This document shows positions 56,984-64,000 of a stretch of DNA of 64,000 nucleotides, in pieces. A model generated the notes under the pieces. The model did not search any database, was not told the DNA's origin, and saw only the letters and a program-made list of their open reading frames with translations. The translations under genes and the position numbers were made by a program. The DNA lies in sequence record OQ555404.1. One strand, 5' to 3'. The DNA comes from Escherichia phage vB_EcoP_HC-25922. Every line of letters begins with the position of its first letter. Position 1 is the first letter of the stretch.

Positions 56984-58084
56984 TTACAGCAGTCGTTCTA
57001 ATTGCATTTCCAGATGGTCTGGAATATAACCAGTGACGTTATCATCACTGCTACCTGATTCACGCATCAATGCAAACATGTGACGAATTTCACGAACCGT
57101 TGCGATTCGAGTGCTTTCAATCTGAGGGGTGTAGTAGGTCATGATCTCTTCGTAGACACTGTTGGCATTACCGCGCACATATCCCAAGAAACCATAGAAG
57201 TCATTCATATCACGTAAGTTGATAAGGACTTCACCATCAGGGCCAGTCTGTTGCACACGAACACGACCAACCAAAGTTACAGATTGCTCACGACAGAAGA
57301 GAATATCACGAGCAAGACGATACCCTTCAGTGAGATCACTGTCTCTTGGAGTATAGTCTAGGGGTAGATGTTGAATCATAGGAGCGAAGCGCAGCTCATT
57401 CAACTTCTCAACATAAGCTTCATTGTCTAAATCTGCATATTCAACAGCCAGTTTCTTGAGAACCAAGAAGCGGTTGACCAGATTCAGAAGTTGGCTCTTT
57501 TTCCACTTCGGCTCTGAGATACGGAACTCAACAGAACCAAATTGAGATAGAGGCAAAAGATTAAGGGAGGTATATTTATCCCAGCTATTAACAAGAGAGT
57601 GGAAGAAAGCTTCCCCGTCTCGGTTGAACGCTGACGAAGCATTCATAACTTGTGCTTGAACGACAGCAAAAGCTGGACAGAAGTTGCTACGATAGCGATG
57701 GTATCCAGAACATTTGAACATCATCTTTTCATAGAACGTCCATCCAAGAATAACTTTCTTAAGGATATTACTATCAGCGTCACGCATATCCATATGAACG
57801 TGAGTGGAGCAGCGCCAAGTTCCCTCGGCTCCAGAATCCTGTACTGCTTCACTCAGATTGTTAATAGCACGAAGTAATTCTTCACCGTTGTAAGGTCGTG
57901 CACATACTAATTCACAACCATCACGAAGAGAGCCATCTTCAGTACAAACCCACATATCAGCGTCAATGTCAGTTGTACCTTCGACTTCTAACTCAATACC
58001 AACACCACACTGAAAAGCAATACTTGGATGCGGTTCAGATAAGCGAGGGTTACGGTATCCAAAAACTTGTGCTACGGTTGTCAT
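56984..58084 (-). CDS. glutamine-synthetase-like carboxylate-amine ligase (amidoligase, YbdK/GCS2-like)
   Basis: GIELEVEG (E.E motif), DGSLRDGCELV and STHVHMDM (H.H motif) in the order seen in GS-like COOH-NH2 ligases. Confidence 0.55.
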   Translation of the reverse strand: MTTVAQVFGYRNPRLSEPHPSIAFQCGVGIELEVEGTTDIDADMWVCTEDGSLRDGCELVCARPYNGEELLRAINNLSEAVQDSGAEGTWRCSTHVHMDMRDADSNILKKVILGWTFYEKMMFKCSGYHRYRSNFCPAFAVVQAQVMNASSAFNRDGEAFFHSLVNSWDKYTSLNLLPLSQFGSVEFRISEPKWKKSQLLNLVNRFLVLKKLAVEYADLDNEAYVEKLNELRFAPMIQHLPLDYTPRDSDLTEGYRLARDILFCREQSVTLVGRVRVQQTGPDGEVLINLRDMNDFYGFLGYVRGNANSVYEEIMTYYTPQIESTRIATVREIRHMFALMRESGSSDDNVTGYIPDHLEMQLERLL

Positions 58085-58707
58085 AATGATTCCACCAACT
58101 CTACATTATATGATGACAGGTCTGAAGAAATATGCTTGAACTTCTCCAGAAGGTTTAAAGATTGACGACCATTGTCGCCATAACCAGCTTCAAGAAGCAC
58201 GTTTCCAACGTAAGCCCCTTTGTAATAAACTTTTCCATCGACAGGATTGATATAGATGAAACGAGTAACCAACCCTTCAAACTCTGGATTAAACAGGTTG
58301 TACACCAAATCACCCGGAATCGAACGTCCGAGAGAAGGTGGAGTACCACGAAGTTTATTCCCCATCAAGCCTTTAGCTCGCTGACGAACAGGGTTGATAT
58401 GGGTCCAGCTCACCATGTTATTGCCATGCTGAAGGTATCCTACATCTGGAGACTCCAGAATGAGGCTGTGATCAAACACTGGGATATTACTAACAATCTG
58501 ACGTTCAAACTGACCTTCGGAGTTTTTAGTCCAGCGCTCCGCCTCAAACACTAAAGACATTTCAGCGTCGTGTGAGTAGTCGTCGATATCAAAGTTACCT
58601 TGCTGACGAACATCAAGCACATATAGAGGGAGGTTTTTACCATCAGGTGATCGCTGAGCAATCCATGTTCCACAATAATAGTGTTGAAAATCTCTTAACA
58701 AGCTCAC
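58081..58707 (-). CDS. hypothetical protein
   Basis: 208-aa ORF within the ligase locus. Confidence 0.45.
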   Translation of the reverse strand: MSLLRDFQHYYCGTWIAQRSPDGKNLPLYVLDVRQQGNFDIDDYSHDAEMSLVFEAERWTKNSEGQFERQIVSNIPVFDHSLILESPDVGYLQHGNNMVSWTHINPVRQRAKGLMGNKLRGTPPSLGRSIPGDLVYNLFNPEFEGLVTRFIYINPVDGKVYYKGAYVGNVLLEAGYGDNGRQSLNLLEKFKHISSDLSSYNVELVESL

Positions 58708-58716
58708 AATATCACC

Positions 58717-59523
58717 TTATACAATCTGGAGTTTAGAGGAGAATTTATCCGCTTCTTTAACATCGTTACTGTTGATGATGTTGTGAAGCTTTTCAATTGG
58801 AAGGCGAGAGTGAAGTGACATCAATACTTCCATATCACAGCCTTGAACAACCTTATCAACTTGCTCATAAACAAACTTGCGGGTTGACTTCTCGCCAATC
58901 CAGAAGTTAGAAAGAGAACGATATTCAATACCGTAATCTTTGTAGCGAATGGCAGAAGCCTTTCCGTATAACTCTTTACGACGAGTATCTTTATCCATGA
59001 TCACAGCTGGCAAGGACAGGAAGTAATCACACAACACACCCAACATCATTTGAGTCTGACGACTAATTTCCAGCGTACCAGTGACGCCAAGGTGAACATG
59101 ACCACCAGCAGTACGCAGACCTTTGTCTGTCGCTACTGGAGATGGGTTTTTCTGACCAGTGAAGGCGTTGAAATCAGGAGTACAACCAAATACAAAGGCT
59201 GACGGATGGAAAGATTCCATCTCTTCTGAAGTGAACACATGAGAGCTAATCCCAAGTGCTGCCTCCATGCCACGTTCATTGAGAACTTTGTTAGTCAGAT
59301 CAATACCACGCTGAATGTTATCATTAAACGCTTCAAACCCTTTCTGTGGGTTAATATCGAACTCGGCCAGAACGTTGTCTTCTTGAAGACGAACATCAGG
59401 GGCCAGATCAATTTTGTTGTCTTTAGAGCAGCCCAGCTTACCAGCCACAGAGGTGATAATACCAGAAGCAGTACGAACAAACATTTCAGGGTCAGAACCA
59501 ATAAGGAAAGCACGCTTAGTCAT
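58717..59523 (-). CDS. second, divergent GS-like ligase-like protein
   Basis: Start ATG 59523 with GGAG RBS; AFLIGSDPEMFV and GGHVHLGV resemble the G.E.E and H.H ligase motifs, but divergent. Confidence 0.4.
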   Translation of the reverse strand: MTKRAFLIGSDPEMFVRTASGIITSVAGKLGCSKDNKIDLAPDVRLQEDNVLAEFDINPQKGFEAFNDNIQRGIDLTNKVLNERGMEAALGISSHVFTSEEMESFHPSAFVFGCTPDFNAFTGQKNPSPVATDKGLRTAGGHVHLGVTGTLEISRQTQMMLGVLCDYFLSLPAVIMDKDTRRKELYGKASAIRYKDYGIEYRSLSNFWIGEKSTRKFVYEQVDKVVQGCDMEVLMSLHSRLPIEKLHNIINSNDVKEADKFSSKLQIV

Positions 59524-60466
59524 TGTAATACTCCACGAGTTCATCAAAAAGGGAAACAACACGAGCACCAGCTTCTTCTGGTGTCATTGAGGAAGGTACT
59601 GCTTGCATCAGACGTTCGATAAAACTTCGAACAGTAATTCTGTCCATACGCTGATCTAATACTTCTCGCTTGTGACCTGCACAAGTTGACCAGAGACGTA
59701 ACCACTCACTCATACTCTCATAATGGTCAGGGTCTTGGTCACGACGACGTGCCATACGACGGAGAACTCCATCATTATGGTTTCGTACATAACCATCTCG
59801 GTTGTCATCAACACCGAATACATTCTGAACCCATACGTTTTCAGAAAATTCATCAGTGGTGCAAATTAATGGCAGAAATGCAATTGCACTCATGTCGCCA
59901 TCAAAATAAGTCGCTGCTGACTCATCGGTTGAGCCTACGTCATTACTATAACACCAGCGACCAAAGAAGTTACGACTTAAACCAGCTAAGCGTAGAGCTA
60001 AACCGATTCGTTGTCGCTTAAGCAACTCTTCCTTGTCTTGTACGCCTTCCTGAAGGAACTCCATTCCATTAAAATCACCATCCAAATAGCTACGGATGGT
60101 CATTAGTCCAGTAAACACCTTGTCTGCTGGATGGTTTCGAAGGTTCACGGCAATGGAGTTCACCGAAGTGACAGAGAACATATCTTTATAGCAAGACATT
60201 GAGTTAAAAATATCTGTTGCTTCAACTAAAGCTCTTTCGATATCTTTAGCTGGCACGCCATAAAAATTGTGAGGCCAGAAGTTAATAACTTCAATTTCTG
60301 AAGTTCTATCACGAAGGCTTGTTCGGTTACGACTTTCACCGTTAATGTCTGTAACAGAATACATGTGCATACAGTTAAAAGTACCAAAGCAAGCTCTTCC
60401 TTTGAACACTGACTCACCGAAATCCTCTGCCGATGTTACCGGAGCAATCGATGCGGAGATTGACAT
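59516..60466 (-). CDS. hypothetical protein
   Basis: 316-aa ORF. Confidence 0.45.
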   Translation of the reverse strand: MSISASIAPVTSAEDFGESVFKGRACFGTFNCMHMYSVTDINGESRNRTSLRDRTSEIEVINFWPHNFYGVPAKDIERALVEATDIFNSMSCYKDMFSVTSVNSIAVNLRNHPADKVFTGLMTIRSYLDGDFNGMEFLQEGVQDKEELLKRQRIGLALRLAGLSRNFFGRWCYSNDVGSTDESAATYFDGDMSAIAFLPLICTTDEFSENVWVQNVFGVDDNRDGYVRNHNDGVLRRMARRRDQDPDHYESMSEWLRLWSTCAGHKREVLDQRMDRITVRSFIERLMQAVPSSMTPEEAGARVVSLFDELVEYYND

Positions 60467-60474
60467 ATTCGCCT

Positions 60475-61692
60475 CTATTTATTAAAGAATAGTTTTTCCA
60501 TAATGGTTTCCCACTCTTCTGAGGGGAGGGTTGAGAACCCGTTTCCGTGAAGCCTGTTTGTCATGCAACTAATAATATTGTACATGTTGTAGCTTCGGGT
60601 GGATTCTGTTCCATTGTTCCAGTTATAACCGAAAACAATTTTATCGAAGGAGGTTTTATCCGTAGTTACTTCTCGGATAAACTCAACCAAGAGCGATTTC
60701 TCTGTGATGACCGCACGTTCACCATCTGGCAGATTGCAATACTGAGGAAGAAGGATTGGTAAGAACATCGAATTGTTCACTCGACAATCACGAACACCTT
60801 CACTGCGATAGATTAGGCTTGAGAAGTCTTCATCACGCAGGTGTCCTTCACCTTCAGTGTATTCACACTGTCGCCACTTGGTCTGGCGAGGCTCAATCAT
60901 TGTACTACCAACGCCTACTGTATACAGAGACGCTTGGAAAATACATGAATCGTAATCATTCCCTGTTAAAGCAACTTGCTCGTTGCCGAACACATCCACT
61001 GAAGAGTTAATCAGTCGGCTGAATGCAAGAGAGGCTAAAGGGGACCAGCCTTTCTTATACATCTTGTTCAGCATTTCATACACAGCAGATTTTTCATCAT
61101 CTGTATAGAATGTACGATTCAGCATCAGATAGAACAGAGCGCGATCAGCAGGACAACCATCAGTACAAACACCCATGAATCCTACTTCATGCCATACCAG
61201 ACATGAGTCAGAATCTTTATCCATGAATGCTTCAAAGGCTTCCATTACAGCCCTGTCAGTAACATCAGGACGGTTGTTTTCTTCTGCCCATGTTTCTACA
61301 TGAGAAGGAGGACGAGGGTCTCCATTCTCCACCCCTTCGCGGAAATATTGAGTGGTAATAGGCTTTTTATCACCATAACGTTTTACACCATAAGCGGGAA
61401 GGTGTGTACCAGAGTTCCAGATGTACTTAATTTCGGACATAGGCATCATGTTTTCGAGAACGTTCTCTTCAGCAGTGCCTTGACGAACCATCATATTTTC
61501 ACTCCACACCTTAATGCGGATATTCCAGCCGTAGTTGCTGTCATACGTGTTATAATAATCAGGATCACCATCTTCATCTTCATCATAATCACCACCCTGA
61601 TAGTAACCTGCTTTCAGGAAACCATAACAAGGAGGCCAAACAGTTACAACGTCTTCTGATTCTTTCCAGCTTTGAAGTGTTACAGGGAACAT
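60475..61692 (-). CDS. hypothetical protein
   Basis: Start ATG 61692 with AAGAGGT RBS (the track 61791 start overlaps the upstream gene); 406 aa with acidic DYDEDEDGDPDYY segment. Confidence 0.45.
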   Translation of the reverse strand: MFPVTLQSWKESEDVVTVWPPCYGFLKAGYYQGGDYDEDEDGDPDYYNTYDSNYGWNIRIKVWSENMMVRQGTAEENVLENMMPMSEIKYIWNSGTHLPAYGVKRYGDKKPITTQYFREGVENGDPRPPSHVETWAEENNRPDVTDRAVMEAFEAFMDKDSDSCLVWHEVGFMGVCTDGCPADRALFYLMLNRTFYTDDEKSAVYEMLNKMYKKGWSPLASLAFSRLINSSVDVFGNEQVALTGNDYDSCIFQASLYTVGVGSTMIEPRQTKWRQCEYTEGEGHLRDEDFSSLIYRSEGVRDCRVNNSMFLPILLPQYCNLPDGERAVITEKSLLVEFIREVTTDKTSFDKIVFGYNWNNGTESTRSYNMYNIISCMTNRLHGNGFSTLPSEEWETIMEKLFFNK

Positions 61693-61702
61693 TTTTACCT
61701 CT

Positions 61703-62065
61703 TTACTCTGATACCAGAAGGCCCAGAGATTTGCGAATGTAGTCAATACTACGGAAGTTTCGATAGTTCTCTTGGAAGCGCATCTTTTCAAATTCAGCTT
61801 CCTGAAGTTCTAACTCTGCCGCTTTATATCCCGATAAAGCTAAACTCACCACATCCTGAGGCAAGACATTACGACGGCGAATAAGATATTTATTCGCTTT
61901 TAGTTTACCTTGTGCACGAGCCATTTTGGCCTTTGCCGCCTTGATACCATGAGAAATCCAAAGCAGTTGCTGTTTCAGATCTTCCTCATCCATACCACCT
62001 AAGTCATTTGCTACTTTATGAAGCGTAGACAGGTTCACATGGCCTTTAATGGGGCGTAGGTTCAT
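61703..62065 (-). CDS. hypothetical protein
   Basis: 120 aa; AGGAGAAG RBS. Confidence 0.4.
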   Translation of the reverse strand: MNLRPIKGHVNLSTLHKVANDLGGMDEEDLKQQLLWISHGIKAAKAKMARAQGKLKANKYLIRRRNVLPQDVVSLALSGYKAAELELQEAEFEKMRFQENYRNFRSIDYIRKSLGLLVSE

Positions 62066-62229
62066 AACTTCTCCTGTTTGTCACATTGATTGGTTAGCCA
62101 GTTGTAAGACCCTCTGTTATTCTTGCTTAACTCGCAAGATGCAAAAGAGTACATCCTGACAAACCCCACAGTGGCTAAGCAAATAAAGATTGCTGCCAAT
62201 AAGAACTTAACTTTCAACTTATTATCCAT
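62062..62229 (-). CDS. small membrane protein (below the track cutoff)
   Basis: 55-aa ORF MDNKLKVKFLLAAIFICLATVGFV... with AAGAAGAGG RBS; stop overlaps the next start. Confidence 0.3.
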   Translation of the reverse strand: MDNKLKVKFLLAAIFICLATVGFVRMYSFASCELSKNNRGSYNWLTNQCDKQEKL

Positions 62230-62470
62230 ACAACCTCTTCTTTGAACTTAAAAAAGGACTCTCCTAAGAGAGCCAAGCTTTAAGGCCAATTAAATAGATA
62301 TCACCCAATATCTGTGGATAACCTGCTCTTAAAATATTCTATCCGACGGATGTTCGAGGATTATTCCTCTCCCTAGCATCGGCCCCATACGGGAAAGATT
62401 AAATTAAGTTTAGGTTAGTTGAGCCAGAATAGCTCACATAGCCCTCTGATACTCACAAGGGCTATAGATG

Positions 62471-62719
62471 TTACTCTGCGGCTCCGTCGAATCGGAGGAT
62501 TGCTGCTGGAACAGGGTATACTTCCAGATCTTCATCCAGTCGGTACAGGTGCCCTGTGCTTAAATTTACAGCTGTTACTGGCTTAGAATGACCTCCAGCC
62601 TGTATGGAAGGGACTCTGATAAAGAACTCTTCCGGATATTCAACAGAGTGGAACACACTCCCTGAATAGAGATTCTTTATTTTGGAAGTTTGTTTAGGAG
62701 TTTTATCGGCAATTTGCAT
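62471..62719 (-). CDS. hypothetical protein
   Basis: 82-aa ORF. Confidence 0.4.
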   Translation of the reverse strand: MQIADKTPKQTSKIKNLYSGSVFHSVEYPEEFFIRVPSIQAGGHSKPVTAVNLSTGHLYRLDEDLEVYPVPAAILRFDGAAE

Positions 62720-62952
62720 TACAGACCTTTCTTAGCACGATCTTTGGCAGTTTTGCCAGTGCGGATACGATGGGAAACATTAACCAGCTCGCCACCTTCG
62801 ACGATGGTCACGCTTTTGTTTTTCGCAATATCAAACACAGTTTTCTCTGTACCGCCCAGACGAATCTGTTTAGGCTCGCTGTGGGTCTGAGTTGATTTAG
62901 ACTGGAACTGGAACGGCTGACGGATGGCATCAATTGCACTAGCTTTAGACAT
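62719..62952 (-). CDS. hypothetical protein
   Basis: 77-aa ORF; stop overlaps the next start. Confidence 0.4.
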   Translation of the reverse strand: MSKASAIDAIRQPFQFQSKSTQTHSEPKQIRLGGTEKTVFDIAKNKSVTIVEGGELVNVSHRIRTGKTAKDRAKKGL

Positions 62953-62979
62953 ATTTTATTACCTTAAATTAAAGAGATA

Positions 62980-63393
62980 TTAAACAACGAATTGGAACGC
63001 TTCGTATCCAAACTTGTATAAGAAATCGTGTTTGAACTTTACTACACGACCACGATCGCGGAAAGCTTTCAGGCGACTGCTGAACCCAACCATTGGCTCA
63101 GGGTCAATAGGGCTACGAATCTTCATAGCTATAGAGTGCAGCTTGAAGCGTTTACCAGTGCTACAGGCCATCATCACATACTCCATACGAGTAGTCCAGA
63201 TGTTGAGCACCATGCTTGTTTTCTCCGCTGACCAACCAGTCTTGCGGGCGATTTCTTTATGGACATTAAGCTCCAAAGGAAGAGGGAATTGCTTGTTGAA
63301 TGAAGCCGGATATAGCTTGACCAGAAGGTCAATGTTTTCTTTATACGTTAAGTAAGCCAATTTCTTGCTTACGTTAGGGAATTTCCCAGACAT
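62980..63393 (-). CDS. ProQ/FinO-domain-like RNA-binding protein (putative)
   Basis: LVKLYPASFNKQFPLPLELNVHKEIARKTGWSAEKTSMVLNIWTTRMEY resembles the ProQ N-terminal FinO domain pattern. Confidence 0.45.
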   Translation of the reverse strand: MSGKFPNVSKKLAYLTYKENIDLLVKLYPASFNKQFPLPLELNVHKEIARKTGWSAEKTSMVLNIWTTRMEYVMMACSTGKRFKLHSIAMKIRSPIDPEPMVGFSSRLKAFRDRGRVVKFKHDFLYKFGYEAFQFVV

Positions 63394-63591
63394 TTTTGAA
63401 GCTCCAAAACAGCGCCGAAAAGAGAGGCGTCATAGTAGCTAAAAGGAGGAGAGAAGAGGGCTTATTTACTTGCTTTTTTCTGTCCGTTAATGTACCAGAT
63501 AACTGAACCGTCAGGCTGTCGTTGACCGAAGCCTTTCAAGTTAACCATTTCTTCTTCAGAGTAGGCACGTTTTCTCACTGATTTTCTCCTG

Positions 63592-63849
63592 TCAGTAGAA
63601 GGTGTGTGTAGAGTCGTCGTTCATAGATAACCAAACGAAGAAGACAATCACACAGAAAGCAATAATACCGAGAGTTGCAAGGATTATAGTGTTAGCTAAT
63701 GTGATATCTAACACGCTTTGCAGATACATAAAGAACTGTACGACACCACATACCATCAGCACAACCCCAACGACAATGAGGAGCCAATATGTGCAGAGAA
63801 GGACTGCATCTAATAGTGATACATACTTTGGATGATCTTTATGTCTCAC
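63592..63849 (-). CDS. small integral membrane protein (GTG start)
   Basis: 85 aa with two long hydrophobic segments. Confidence 0.4.
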   Translation of the reverse strand: MRHKDHPKYVSLLDAVLLCTYWLLIVVGVVLMVCGVVQFFMYLQSVLDITLANTIILATLGIIAFCVIVFFVWLSMNDDSTHTFY

Positions 63850-63991
63850 TGATCTTTTCCACTAAATCCAGAGTTGCTGATTCAAATACAACACCAACTA
63901 CCATATTAGGTGCCATATTACGAACGTATCCGCTCTGCATAGACACGGCCCGAGAGTATTCAGAACCGTTAGAACTTTTGTTTACCTTCAT
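63839..63991 (-). CDS. hypothetical small protein near the window edge
   Basis: ORF from ATG 63991 (MKVNKSSNGSEYS...); about 50 aa; below the track cutoff. Confidence 0.25.
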   Translation of the reverse strand: MKVNKSSNGSEYSRAVSMQSGYVRNMAPNMVVGVVFESATLDLVEKISET

Positions 63992-64000
63992 GTAAAGGGT

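Noticed and set aside
1-64000. tRNA, rRNA or CRISPR arrays
   Set aside because: The non-coding gaps (1-340, 505-716, 9272-9471, 35181-35598, 62230-62470) show no cloverleaf-compatible sequence with a GTTCRANYC T-loop and no regularly spaced identical repeats; the only repeats are short degenerate iteron-like units.
1-64000. Integrase, transposase or other mobile-element signatures
   Set aside because: No tyrosine or serine recombinase motifs, transposase-like ORFs or flanking inverted or attachment repeats were seen; gene content is that of a virulent phage.

Overview
This 64-kb window reads as part of a tailed dsDNA bacteriophage genome, built from two convergent gene blocks that meet at a bidirectional hairpin terminator near 30.62-30.66 kb. 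The + strand block (0.3-30.6 kb) is the packaging, virion and lysis module: large terminase (frame-interrupted near its 3' end), portal, acidic scaffold-like protein, major capsid protein with a -1 frameshift into an Ig-like extension, several tail-fibre proteins, a T4-type lysozyme, a lytic transglycosylase, and a 1481-aa helical protein. No sheath or tube genes are recognisable, so the virion may be podovirus-like. The - strand block (30.7-64 kb) is the replication, nucleotide-metabolism and host-interaction module: flap endonuclease, P-loop kinase, sigma-factor-like protein, spanin pair, SSB-like protein, family-A DNA polymerase domain with a separately encoded DnaQ-like exonuclease, PhoH, ThyX, thioredoxin, Dps-like ferritin, dCTP deaminase, a CCA-enzyme-like nucleotidyltransferase and a primase-helicase. 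The most unusual region is a roughly 10-kb locus (51.6-61.7 kb) encoding a gamma-glutamyl-cyclotransferase-like protein, an ATP-grasp ligase, a PurF-type Ntn amidotransferase with a Cys-rich C-terminal domain and an apparent non-ATG start, and two glutamine-synthetase-like ligases; this is a candidate peptide or metabolite ligation/modification system. I saw no integrase, transposase, tRNA, rRNA or CRISPR array. All functional calls rest on motif recognition and gene context read from the sequence; no database search was run.
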